From assembly GCA_035501795.1 (NCBI GenBank), contig DATJVL010000017.1:3750-67749 (forward strand): DNA of 64,000 nt. The letters run 5' to 3'. This DNA comes from Steroidobacteraceae bacterium (GTDB taxonomy: Bacteria > Pseudomonadota > Gammaproteobacteria > Steroidobacterales > Steroidobacteraceae). A program made the translations under genes and the position numbers. A model generated the notes under the pieces. That model did not search any database, was not told the DNA's origin, and saw only the letters and a program-made list of their open reading frames with translations. Every line of letters begins with the position of its first letter. Position 1 is the stretch's first letter. Positions 46,699 through 55,846 of this stretch are shown here, piece after piece.

Positions 46699-48753
46699 CT
46701 ACCACACGCGCACGCGCTCTCCCGGGGCGAGGTAGAGCTTCGCCCCCGCCGGCACCTTGAAGGCGGCGTACCAGGGGTCGAGGTTGCGTACGGTGTCGGC
46801 GCGATACTCCGCCGGCGCATGGCCATCGGTGATCAGCTGCCGCCGCAGCGCCGGCTCGCGGATCTTCTGCTGCCAGCTCTGCGCGTAGCTGATGAAGAAC
46901 AGCTGCTCGGCGCTGAAGCCGGCGGTACCCGGGGCGCTCTTGCCATTGAGCATCAGCTGCCAGGCATCGTGGGCCACCGACAGCCCGGCGACGTCGGCGA
47001 TGTTCTCGCTCAGGGTCTGCGCGCCATTCACGTGGATGTCAGGAAAGGGGCGGTAGCCGTCGAACTGCCTGGCAAGCCGCGCACCGGCGGCCTTGAAGTG
47101 GGCAAAGTCCTCCGGCGTCCACCAGTTCTGCAGCTTGCCGCTGGCATCGAACAATGCGCCCTGGTCATCGAAGCTGTGGCTGATCTCATGTCCGATGGTG
47201 GCACCGGTGTCCCCGTAGTCCATCTCCGCCGGCCGGCGTGGATCGAAGAAGGGCGGCTGCAGGATGCCTGCGGGAAAATTGAGCGCATTCATGGCCGGCA
47301 GGTTCACCGCATCCACGGTCTGCGGCAGCATCACCCATTCGCCCCGGTCCACCGGGCTGCCGAGTTTCTTCAGGTTGCGCTCGAGTTCGAAGCGCTCGGC
47401 ACGCTCGGCATTGCCGAAGGTATCGTGCGCGCGGACCTCCAGGCCCGCAAAGCTGCGCCAGTGGTCGGGGTAGCCGACGCCGACCTTGAGGACGGCGAGC
47501 TTGGCCTTGGCGCGCGTGCGCGTCTGCGGCGTCATCCACTCCAGCTGATCGATGCGCGCCGCGAACGCGGCGATCAGGTTCTTCACCAGGGCCGCGGCGC
47601 GCGCCTTCTCGCTCGCCGGGAAGTAGCGCTCGGCATAGAGCTTGCCGACGGCTTCCCCGAGGGCCTGGTTGGTCTCCTCCACCGCGCGCTTCCAGCGCGG
47701 CGGTCCCTGCGGGATGCCCGAGAGGGTGTGGCCGTGGAAGGCGAAGTGCTCGTCGACGAACGCCTTGGGGAGATAGGTGGCGTTGTGCTCGAGGTAGTGA
47801 AAGCGCAGCCAGTCCTTCCAGGTCTCGAGCGGCTCGCTGCCAACCAGTGCGGCCATGCCGGTCACCGCGCTCGGCTGCCATACGACGAACTCGCGCTGCG
47901 CGCCGAGCCCGGCGGCGCTGAAGTACGCGCCCCAGTCCAGTCCTGGCGCGCGGCTGGGGAAGTCGGCGGCCTGCCAGTGATTGTTGCCCTTCTGCACCTG
48001 CTCACTGTCCTCGCGGCTCCAGTGCGCCCGCGCGATGCGGGTCTCGAGCGCAAAGATGCGCTCGGCGCGTGCGGCAGCTTCCCCAAGGTGCGCAAGCCCG
48101 AGCATGCGCGCGATGTGCGTCTGGTACTGGCGGCGGATGTCCGCCATCTTCGGCGAGGCGTTCAGATAGTAGTCGCGGTCCGGCATCACCAGCCCGCCCT
48201 GCAGCAGGAAGGGCGAGTAACGGCTCGGGTCGCTCAGATCCTGCGCGACCCACAGGCCGAGGAGGTTCTCGGTGTGCAGGCTGGTGTTGTTGAGGAAGTC
48301 GACGTCCGCGCGCAGCGTCGCTCCGAGCGCCTGCGCGAGTGCGCGCCGGTCGCCGATCGCGTCGATGCGCTGCAGTCCCGGCTGCAGCGGCGCGACTCCG
48401 GTACTTTCGATGCGCGCCTCATCCATATACGCTGCGTAGTACATGCCGACCTTGCGCGCATCCGCGCTCGCCGCGCTCGCCTTGGCGGCCGACTGGATGA
48501 GCTCGGCGGTGCGCTTGTTGGTCAGCTCCGCGACGATCTCGCCGTAGCCCCAGGCGGCGCGATCCGGCGGTATCTCGGTTTTCGCCAGCCAGGCGCCGTT
48601 GACGTAACGGAAGAAGTCATCGCCAGGGGCGACGTTGCGATCGATGCTCGAGAAATCCAGGGCCGGCTCGGGGGTTACCGGAGCCGCAGACGCGCTCAGC
48701 GTGAGCAGTACGAGAACGGGGAGGGCCAGAGTGCGTGTCAGCGAGCAGGTCAT
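46699..48753 (-). CDS. M13 family metallopeptidase (PepO / endothelin-converting-enzyme-like)
   Basis: The product has a signal peptide, HEISHSFDDQG (HExxH), ENIADVAG and a C-terminal ...ERVRVW. Confidence 0.92.
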   Translation of the reverse strand: MTCSLTRTLALPVLVLLTLSASAAPVTPEPALDFSSIDRNVAPGDDFFRYVNGAWLAKTEIPPDRAAWGYGEIVAELTNKRTAELIQSAAKASAASADARKVGMYYAAYMDEARIESTGVAPLQPGLQRIDAIGDRRALAQALGATLRADVDFLNNTSLHTENLLGLWVAQDLSDPSRYSPFLLQGGLVMPDRDYYLNASPKMADIRRQYQTHIARMLGLAHLGEAAARAERIFALETRIARAHWSREDSEQVQKGNNHWQAADFPSRAPGLDWGAYFSAAGLGAQREFVVWQPSAVTGMAALVGSEPLETWKDWLRFHYLEHNATYLPKAFVDEHFAFHGHTLSGIPQGPPRWKRAVEETNQALGEAVGKLYAERYFPASEKARAAALVKNLIAAFAARIDQLEWMTPQTRTRAKAKLAVLKVGVGYPDHWRSFAGLEVRAHDTFGNAERAERFELERNLKKLGSPVDRGEWVMLPQTVDAVNLPAMNALNFPAGILQPPFFDPRRPAEMDYGDTGATIGHEISHSFDDQGALFDASGKLQNWWTPEDFAHFKAAGARLARQFDGYRPFPDIHVNGAQTLSENIADVAGLSVAHDAWQLMLNGKSAPGTAGFSAEQLFFISYAQSWQQKIREPALRRQLITDGHAPAEYRADTVRNLDPWYAAFKVPAGAKLYLAPGERVRVW

Positions 48754-48817
48754 AGGCAGCCCTTCCGGCCTGGGGTGGCGCAGTCTACCTGAGCCGCACG
48801 AAGCGGCCTCGCACCGC

Positions 48818-49693
48818 GTGCGGCGCAGTCAGGCTAGCGTGCGGGTCGCGCTGCTGCTCTTCGCTTTGGCGCAGGCACCGCACGGACTGGCCTTCGGGCC
48901 GCAGGGGCATCGCACCGTGGGGGCGATCGCCGGCCAGCTGCTGACCGCCAGCGCGCGCGCCGAGGTCGAGCGGCTGCTGGCCGATGACCTGGACCGCTTT
49001 GGTAACCCGTCGGGCCGGCACACCCTCGAGGCGGTGTCCGTGTGGGCGGATGAGTTGTCCGGTACGACGCAGGCACGGCCACGCTGGCACTACGACAACG
49101 AGCCGGTCTGTGGCTCGGCATCGATGGCGCTCATCTGCCCTGACGGCGAATGCGCCAGCGCGCAGCTGCAGCGTCTGGTCGGTGTCCTGTCTGACCGGCA
49201 TGCTCCTGTCCGCACCCGCAATGAGGCCCTGAAATGGGTGGTGCACCTGGTGGGGGACCTTCACCAGCCGCTGCATGCGGCCGACAATCGCGATCGTGGC
49301 GGCAACGAGGTGAGGGTCGTGCTCGCCGGGGTGCGCACTCGCGGGCATGAAACGCTGCACCGCGCCTGGGACAATGACTTCGTGTATCTGGCCCTCGGTG
49401 CCCGCAGCCGCCAGCAGCCGCCCGCCGAGCTGGATGTGCTGGTGCGGGAAGCCCAGACGCTGCTGGGCGAGGCCGGCGTGGGCGACGTGCCACAGTGGCT
49501 GTCCGAATCCAACCACCTGGCGCGCAACATCGCCTATGCCTACCCCGGCTTTGCCTGCGGGGCCGGACCCCGATCAGACATAGTGCTCGACGAGGCCTAC
49601 GTCGCACGGGCCGCGGCCCTGACGCGCGAGCGGCTGCTCCTGGGCGGGGCGCGCCTGGCGGCCCTCCTGAACCGCAGTCTCGGCGGGGGCTGA
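48818..49693 (+). CDS. S1/P1 nuclease family protein, secreted
   Basis: The product has FGPQGHRTVGAIA, WHYDNEP and HLVGDLHQPLHAAD motifs. The start is GTG 48818 or 48839. The upstream part of track ORF 48635 overlaps the M13 gene. Confidence 0.8.
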   Translation: MRRSQASVRVALLLFALAQAPHGLAFGPQGHRTVGAIAGQLLTASARAEVERLLADDLDRFGNPSGRHTLEAVSVWADELSGTTQARPRWHYDNEPVCGSASMALICPDGECASAQLQRLVGVLSDRHAPVRTRNEALKWVVHLVGDLHQPLHAADNRDRGGNEVRVVLAGVRTRGHETLHRAWDNDFVYLALGARSRQQPPAELDVLVREAQTLLGEAGVGDVPQWLSESNHLARNIAYAYPGFACGAGPRSDIVLDEAYVARAAALTRERLLLGGARLAALLNRSLGGG

Positions 49694-49781
49694 ACGGGGG
49701 GTGTTGGCAGCTTCCCGGGCCCGCTGGCACCGGGATGGTCGCGTGCTAAATTACTCATTCAAGCAGGAGGTTGTCCGAGCC

Positions 49782-51071
49782 GTGAACGCCTTTGACGAGA
49801 GCTTGACATCGAACGCGCGTGCAACCGCGGGGCACCGCCCGCCCCCTGCGGCGCGCGCCGCCACATCGGTGGCGGCTGCCCGTGGCTCCATCGACCAGTG
49901 GCTGCTGAGCCGGCTGCGCGCCACGCTCGGCGACCCGGCGGTCGAGTTCGCGGTCGCCGGCCGCGCACTGGTGGGCCCGGAGGACGTGCCGGCGGTGGCG
50001 CGCGTGACCTTTGCGAGCCGCCGCGTGCTCATGAGCATCCTGCCCGATCCGGCGCTGCGCTTCGGGGATGCGTACGCGGACGGCACCGTCTTGATCGAGG
50101 GCGACCTCGTCAATCTGCTCGAGACGGTCTATCGCGCCGGCCTCGCCGGCGGCCGGCCGGCCACGCTGCTGGAGCGCGCGCGCGGCGCGCTGCGGCGCCC
50201 GCAGCGCAACACGCTCGCCGGCTCGCGCGACAACATCCATCACCACTACGACATCGGCAACGCGTTCTACGCCCTCTGGCTCGGCGGCACGATGGCCTAC
50301 ACCTGCGCCTACTATCCGAGCGCGGCGGCCGGGCTGGACGAGGCCCAGGTCGCCAAGATGGATCATGTATGCCGCAAGCTGCGCCTGCGCAGCGGCGAGA
50401 GCGTGGTGGAGGCGGGCTGCGGCTGGGGCACGCTGGCGCTGCACATGGCGCGCCATTACGGCGTCAAGGTACGCGCCTTCAACATCTCCCGCGAACAGGT
50501 GCACTATGCACGCGAGCGCGCCACGCGCGAGGGGCTCGCCGGGCAGGTCGAGTACGTGCTCGAGGACTACCGCAACATCAGCGGGCGCTACGACGCGTTC
50601 GTCTCGGTCGGCATGCTCGAGCACGTGGGTGTCGACAATTATCGGCAGCTCGGCGACGTGGCGCGGCGCGCGCTCGGGCGCCGCGGCCGCGGGCTGATCC
50701 ATTCGATCGGACGCAACGCGCCGGCGCCGCTGCAGCCCTGGATCGAGAAGCGCATCTTTCCCGGCGCCTACCCGCCGGCGCTCAGCCAGATGATGGCCAT
50801 ATTCGAGCCCTGGAACCTCTCCGTGCTCGACGTCGAGAACCTGCGCCTGCACTACGCGCAGACGCTGCGCGACTGGCTGGCGCGCTACGAGGACGCCGCC
50901 GAGCGCGTGCGGCAGATGTTCGATGAGCGTTTCGTGCGCATGTGGCGGCTGTATCTGGCCGGCTCGGTGGCCGGCTTCACCACCGGCACGCTGCAGCTCT
51001 TCCAGGTGCTGTTCGCGCCCGGGGAGAGCAATGAGGTGCCATTGACGCGCGCGCACCTGTACCAGTGCTGA
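49782..51071 (+). CDS. cyclopropane-fatty-acyl-phospholipid synthase family methyltransferase
   Basis: The product has HHYDIGNAFYALWLG and the SAM motif VVEAGCGWGTLA. GTG 49782 lies downstream of AGGAGG, but the start is uncertain (track 49701). Confidence 0.87.
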   Translation: MNAFDESLTSNARATAGHRPPPAARAATSVAAARGSIDQWLLSRLRATLGDPAVEFAVAGRALVGPEDVPAVARVTFASRRVLMSILPDPALRFGDAYADGTVLIEGDLVNLLETVYRAGLAGGRPATLLERARGALRRPQRNTLAGSRDNIHHHYDIGNAFYALWLGGTMAYTCAYYPSAAAGLDEAQVAKMDHVCRKLRLRSGESVVEAGCGWGTLALHMARHYGVKVRAFNISREQVHYARERATREGLAGQVEYVLEDYRNISGRYDAFVSVGMLEHVGVDNYRQLGDVARRALGRRGRGLIHSIGRNAPAPLQPWIEKRIFPGAYPPALSQMMAIFEPWNLSVLDVENLRLHYAQTLRDWLARYEDAAERVRQMFDERFVRMWRLYLAGSVAGFTTGTLQLFQVLFAPGESNEVPLTRAHLYQC

Positions 51072-51084
51072 CGGCCGTCACGGC

Positions 51085-52086
51085 ATGCGCTCGGTCGATG
51101 TCCTGATTGTCGGCGGCGGACCCGCCGGTGCCAGCGCGGCCTGGCAGCTGCGGCGCGCGGGCCGCGAGGTGCTGGTGCTCGATCGCGAGCGCTTCCCGCG
51201 TCCCAAGCTGTGCGCCGGCTGGATCACCCCGGAGGTGGTGCAGGAGCTCGGGATGGACGTGAACGCCTATCCGCACAGCCTGCTCACCTACCCGCGCCTG
51301 CGCATGCACTTCGGCCGCTGGCAGCTGCCGGTGCCGTGCGTGCAGCACTCCATCCGCCGCTACGAGTTCGACGCCTGGCTGCTCGAGCGCTCCGGGGCGG
51401 AGGTGCTCGAGCACAACGTGCGCCACATCGAGGCGGACGGGGAGGGCTACCGCATCGACGGAGCGTACCGCTGCCGCTACCTGATCGGTGCCGGTGGCAC
51501 GCGCTGCCCGGTGTATCGCACGCTGTTCCGCGAGCTCAACCCGCGCGCCGAGGAGCTGCAGATCGTGACGCTCGAGCACGAGATCCGCTACGAGTGGCGC
51601 GAGCGCGACTGCCACCTGTGGTTCTTCGGGCACGGCTTGCCCGGCTATTCCTGGTACGTGCCCAAGGAGCGCGGCTGGCTCAACGTCGGCGTGGGTGCGA
51701 TCGCCGCGCGCCTGAAGGCGCGCGGCCAGGATATCCGCAGCCACTGGGGGCACCTGGCGGCGATGCTGGAATCGCGCCTGGCGCCCGGGGCGCGCTACGA
51801 GCCGACCGGTTACAGCTACTACCTGCGGGGCAACGTCGACGTCGTGCGCCGGGGCAACGCCTTCGTCAGCGGCGATGCCGCGGGCCTTGCCACGCGCGAC
51901 CTCGGCGAGGGCATCGGGCCGGCGGTGCGCAGCGGGCTGCGTGCGGCGCGCGCAATCTGCGAGGATGCGCCGTACCAGCTGAAGGACGTCACCGGCACGA
52001 GCCTGGCGAGCATCGCGCGCAGCATGTTCGACCGCAGCGCGCGCGCCGGGGCGCTCGCCGGACGGCGGGGACACGCGCGCGCATAG
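51085..52086 (+). CDS. FAD-dependent oxidoreductase (geranylgeranyl-reductase-like)
   Basis: The N-terminal dinucleotide motif is VDVLIVGGGPAGASAAWQL. Confidence 0.83.
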   Translation: MRSVDVLIVGGGPAGASAAWQLRRAGREVLVLDRERFPRPKLCAGWITPEVVQELGMDVNAYPHSLLTYPRLRMHFGRWQLPVPCVQHSIRRYEFDAWLLERSGAEVLEHNVRHIEADGEGYRIDGAYRCRYLIGAGGTRCPVYRTLFRELNPRAEELQIVTLEHEIRYEWRERDCHLWFFGHGLPGYSWYVPKERGWLNVGVGAIAARLKARGQDIRSHWGHLAAMLESRLAPGARYEPTGYSYYLRGNVDVVRRGNAFVSGDAAGLATRDLGEGIGPAVRSGLRAARAICEDAPYQLKDVTGTSLASIARSMFDRSARAGALAGRRGHARA

Positions 52087-52112
52087 CACGGGCGGGACGA
52101 GGGAGCCGCACC

Positions 52113-52502
52113 ATGGCCTACGTCACGGTAATCAACGAGCACGGGCACCTGCAGCAGATCGTCTCGGGCCATCACCATCTGACGGCCGACGAGCCGGTGA
52201 GCGGCGGCGGCAGCGACGCCGGCTTCGCCGCGCGCGAGCTGCTGCTCGCCAGCTTGGGTGCCTGCACGGCGGTGGCCTGCCGGCGCCATGCCGCGCACAG
52301 CAACTGGAACGTGGGCAAGATCACCGTCGGGGTGCGCTGGTCGCGCGATGCCGCCGGCCATGAGCACATCGAGCGGCGCATCTCCTTCGCGCGCCTGCTG
52401 AGCGCGCAGCAGAAGAGCGAGATGCTGCAGGTGGCCGAGTCCTCACCGATCGCGACCGTGCTGGCCACCGCGCTCAGCATCCAGTCGAGCATCCCCGACT
52501 AA
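52113..52502 (+). CDS. OsmC family protein
   Basis: The 129-aa product starts at ATG 52113 (MAYVTVINEHG). It reads ...ARELLLASLGACTAV.... Confidence 0.82.
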   Translation: MAYVTVINEHGHLQQIVSGHHHLTADEPVSGGGSDAGFAARELLLASLGACTAVACRRHAAHSNWNVGKITVGVRWSRDAAGHEHIERRISFARLLSAQQKSEMLQVAESSPIATVLATALSIQSSIPD

Positions 52503-52509
52503 GCGCGGC

Positions 52510-54564
52510 TCACTTGATGCGCTGCGCACCGATGGCAAGATCGGTGCGTTCGCGGGTGCTCACCTGCACCTCGGTGCGTCCGCCGTTGCCGAGTACCCAG
52601 GGCAGCGGCAGGTTGTCGGCCTGCACCGTAATCACATGGCGGCCGGCGACCACGGCCGGGAAGTCGAAGCGCCCGTTGGCATCGGTGCGCACCGAGAAGC
52701 GCCCGTCGAGGATCACCGTGACGTTGGCCGCGCCGCTCTCGCCGGCGTCGTAGCGGCCGTTCTCGTTGGCGTCCAGGTAGATGATGCCGCCGAGCTCGCC
52801 CGAGCCCGCGCCGGCGACTCCGCCGAGGGGCACGAAGTGCCCGCCGCGTGCCTGCTGGTAGCGCAGCGTGAGGAAGAAGCCGCTCTGCGCCTGCGACTCC
52901 TGCGGGCTCGGCACCGGGGGGGTCAGGGGCGAGGTCACCACCAGCGGCGTCCAGGCGCCGACGCGGCTCTCGTAGAAGCTGAACAGCAGCGCCCAGGAGC
53001 GCGCGATCTGGTAGTCGACCGTGATGTCGGCCGTGGTGGTGGGCGCCGCGCGTCCCTGCACCGCAGCGGCCCACTGCACGCTGCCGTCGATCGACAGCCG
53101 CGCGGTGAGGTTGCCACCGCCGTAGGCGGCGAGACGCACCACGGTGCTGTCCTCGGCGGGCAGGCCTGGCGCCAGGGCGCTGTGCACGCGATCCACCGCG
53201 GCGCTGGTCGCCAGGCGGGCGCCGGTCGCCATGTTCCAGTTCTGCTGCAGCGTTAGCGAGGAGTCCTGCGTGAGCTCATCGGTCGCGTACCCCACCTGCA
53301 GGCGGCCGAGGCCGTAGCCATTCACCTGGTCGAGGTAGCCCTCGAGCGACCAGGAGGTATTGCGGCTGCCATCGCGCGCCAGCAGCACGTTGGCGATGCC
53401 GCCCACGCCGGTATCGCGCGCGAGCTGGTAGCGCGCATCGCCGTTGAGGAAGGTACTGTCGACGCCGTTGCCCGACACTGACAGTACCTCGTCGACGCCC
53501 GCATCCGCGGTCCAGCGCCGGCTCTGGTAGCCGACGCGGTAGTACCCGCCCTGTACGTCGCTGGTGATCAGCTGATTGCCCCAGGCCAGGTGCGGGTCGA
53601 TGTGAAAGGCCCCGAAGGACTGGGTGATGTGTCCGGAAGCGTGGGTGGCGTCAGCCCAGGCACCGAAGGCGTTGCCGTTGCCATCGAGCGTGCCGTCGAT
53701 GAAATTCATCTGCGCATGCGTGCTGCCATCCTGCCACGCGGCGCTCAGCAGCCCGGTGTTGGAGGAGATGCGCTGCTCGGCCACCTCCGGCGGCAGCAGC
53801 GTGTAGCCGGGGGGCTGGTAGTAGATGTTGGCGTCGTGCGCTCCGGCGAACTCCCCGCCGATGCTCCAGTGCTCGGCGGGTGAATACTGCGCCCCGAGGC
53901 TCGCAGTCGAGCCGCCCAGGGTGTCGAAGGTGGGGACCTTGATGCCACCGTAGATGCCGGGCTCGCCGCCGCCGGCCACCAGCTGTACGCCGGAGGGCCC
54001 GCGCCACTCGGTCTCCGCACCCAGCATGGTGCCGGAGGCGAGCACGAAGCGCGGCTGGCTGCGCGCCAGCTCGATCAGCGGGGTGTTCAGGTCGCCGAGC
54101 GCGTTGTCGGCCTGCCAGCCGCCGTCGAAGGGCATGCCGCGCTGGTGCAGCACGAAGGAGCCGTGTGAGTTACCCGCGCTCAAGCGCTCGTCATCGCCGC
54201 CCAGGCGCACCGCAGCGTCGGCCGACCAGGAACCCCAGCGGGCCGTTTCCCACTGCGCATCCATCACCACGCCGTCCTCGTGCAGGCTCGGCGCGGCGTT
54301 CGGGCCCTCCTGCGAGAGCACGCTGACCACGCCGTCGAGGCGCAGCGCCCGTGCCAGGCCGCCGCTGTCGGCGCTGCCAAAGAGCTCGCCGCTCGAGACG
54401 TCGGGCGCGAGCGCGCCGCCGTTGAGCAGGCGGTCCTCGTAGGCGGGCGGCGGGCCGGTGGCGGGCGCATCCTGCGCCGGCGCGGGTGGCCCGGTAAGCG
54501 CAGCGACCGCGAGCACGCACAGGCACGCCACCCGGTGAAGGGCGTGTGCTGCGCGCGCCTTCAT
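52510..54564 (-). CDS. large outer-membrane protein with C-terminal CarboxypepD_reg/SdrD-B-like beta-sandwich (usher-position gene of fibre operon)
   Basis: The 684-aa product has a signal peptide ending APAQ and about 530 aa of Gly/aromatic-rich alternating strands. The last ~95 aa read GGIIYLDANENGRYDAGESGAANVTVILDGRFSVRTDANGRFDFPAVVAGRHVITV. It overlaps the chaperone-like gene by 4 nt. That it is a CDS is secure, but its function is inferred. Confidence 0.75.
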   Translation of the reverse strand: MKARAAHALHRVACLCVLAVAALTGPPAPAQDAPATGPPPAYEDRLLNGGALAPDVSSGELFGSADSGGLARALRLDGVVSVLSQEGPNAAPSLHEDGVVMDAQWETARWGSWSADAAVRLGGDDERLSAGNSHGSFVLHQRGMPFDGGWQADNALGDLNTPLIELARSQPRFVLASGTMLGAETEWRGPSGVQLVAGGGEPGIYGGIKVPTFDTLGGSTASLGAQYSPAEHWSIGGEFAGAHDANIYYQPPGYTLLPPEVAEQRISSNTGLLSAAWQDGSTHAQMNFIDGTLDGNGNAFGAWADATHASGHITQSFGAFHIDPHLAWGNQLITSDVQGGYYRVGYQSRRWTADAGVDEVLSVSGNGVDSTFLNGDARYQLARDTGVGGIANVLLARDGSRNTSWSLEGYLDQVNGYGLGRLQVGYATDELTQDSSLTLQQNWNMATGARLATSAAVDRVHSALAPGLPAEDSTVVRLAAYGGGNLTARLSIDGSVQWAAAVQGRAAPTTTADITVDYQIARSWALLFSFYESRVGAWTPLVVTSPLTPPVPSPQESQAQSGFFLTLRYQQARGGHFVPLGGVAGAGSGELGGIIYLDANENGRYDAGESGAANVTVILDGRFSVRTDANGRFDFPAVVAGRHVITVQADNLPLPWVLGNGGRTEVQVSTRERTDLAIGAQRIK

Positions 54565-55355
54565 TTGAAGTGCTCGTCGAGGTCAGCGTGCTGGTCGGCC
54601 CACTCGAGCGTGCCGCGCACGTTCACCGGGAAGGCGAGTGTCGGCTGCTTCTTGTCCTCGGTGGAGGGCGTGAGGAACACCGTGCGCACCTCGCCGGGCA
54701 GGATCGGGAAGTCGGACGGCGTGAAGTCGTAGCTGCGCCCGCTGGCGTCCTTGCCGGTGAGGAACCCGCTGAGGCGCGTGTGCGCGTTGCCGGCGTTGTG
54801 CACGCGCAGCGCCGGCACACGCTGGCCGTTCACCGTCAGCACCTCCGGCCCGAACATCTCGATCTGCGCCGCGGCATCGCCCACCGTCACGTAGACGATC
54901 ACGGCGATGCGTCCGACGATCGGCAGCTGCACCGCCCCGGTCGTGGCCAGCGTGGGCTCGTCAGCCTCGACCATGAGCGCAAAGCGGCACTCGCCCGCGG
55001 GCGCTTCCGGCGGGATCTGCACTTCGAAGCGGTAGCGGATGGTGGCGCCGGCGGGGAGGCTGACCAGCGGGCGCTCGATCGCGACCCAGGGGCGGCAGCT
55101 GTCCGGCTGCAGCTCATCGTGGAAGACCACGCTGTAGTCGCTGCCGAGCGTGAAGTCGGCGCTGTGCACGCGCAGGCGGCTGGGCACATTCGCACCGTTG
55201 GTGATCTCGATCACCTGGCGCAGCTTCGCCCCGGGCTTGCCGCTGAGCTCGAAGCGCGGCGGCGATACCAGGGCCGCGAACCCCTGCGCGCGCAGCGCGC
55301 CCGCGCCGCTGACGGACAGCAGCCCCAGGATGACAGTGAACATTAGGCGTCGCAC
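54561..55355 (-). CDS. PapD-like periplasmic fimbrial chaperone (putative)
   Basis: The 264-aa product has a signal peptide, and its mature length fits two Ig-like domains. The mature N-terminus is FAALVSPPRFEL...VIEITNGAN, with Arg at about position 9, like the chaperone F1 strand. An alternating hydrophobic strand (VGRIAVIVYVTV) resembles the G1 donor strand. The second domain reads LRVHNAGNAHTRLSG. Confidence 0.6.
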   Translation of the reverse strand: MRRLMFTVILGLLSVSGAGALRAQGFAALVSPPRFELSGKPGAKLRQVIEITNGANVPSRLRVHSADFTLGSDYSVVFHDELQPDSCRPWVAIERPLVSLPAGATIRYRFEVQIPPEAPAGECRFALMVEADEPTLATTGAVQLPIVGRIAVIVYVTVGDAAAQIEMFGPEVLTVNGQRVPALRVHNAGNAHTRLSGFLTGKDASGRSYDFTPSDFPILPGEVRTVFLTPSTEDKKQPTLAFPVNVRGTLEWADQHADLDEHFK

Positions 55356-55358
55356 GGA

Positions 55359-55823
55359 TCAGTCCTCGTCGATCTCGAAGCGGAAGTTGACCGGGTAGCT
55401 AGCGAGCATGCGTCGGCCGTCGACGGTGACCGTCAGCTGCACGACGTCCTCGATGAAGGGGGTCGTGATCGGGCCCGAGTAGACCAGCGCCCGCGTGCCG
55501 GGCAGCAGCTGCCCGGGCAGCAGCCGGCCCTGCGTGGTCCAGGCAGCCTGCAACGCGCCAGGCTGCTGCGCCGGCAGCACCATGTAGATGCGGCCGTTGT
55601 GCTTGAGCCAGGGGGAGACGTTCAGGCGCACGCGCAGCTGCAGCGTGCCGACCATCTGCGTAGCGTGCGGCCCGCGCGGCTGTGCCTGCTGCCAGCGCAT
55701 GGCGACGGCGGCGTTGTAAGGCAGCGTGCCCGAGTCGTCGACGACTGCCGTCTTGGCGGCGTGCGCGGCGGAGCCGAGGGCGAGCCAGATTATGCAGTAT
55801 GCGAGGGTGTGAAGCGGGCGCAC
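55359..55823 (-). CDS. small secreted protein of unknown function (fibre operon)
   Basis: The 154-aa product has the signal peptide MRPLHTLAYCIIWLALGSAAHA and is beta-rich. It ends 3 nt before the chaperone-like gene. Confidence 0.7.
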   Translation of the reverse strand: MRPLHTLAYCIIWLALGSAAHAAKTAVVDDSGTLPYNAAVAMRWQQAQPRGPHATQMVGTLQLRVRLNVSPWLKHNGRIYMVLPAQQPGALQAAWTTQGRLLPGQLLPGTRALVYSGPITTPFIEDVVQLTVTVDGRRMLASYPVNFRFEIDED

Positions 55824-55846
55824 GGCTTGCCTTCCGTTGGCGGGCG

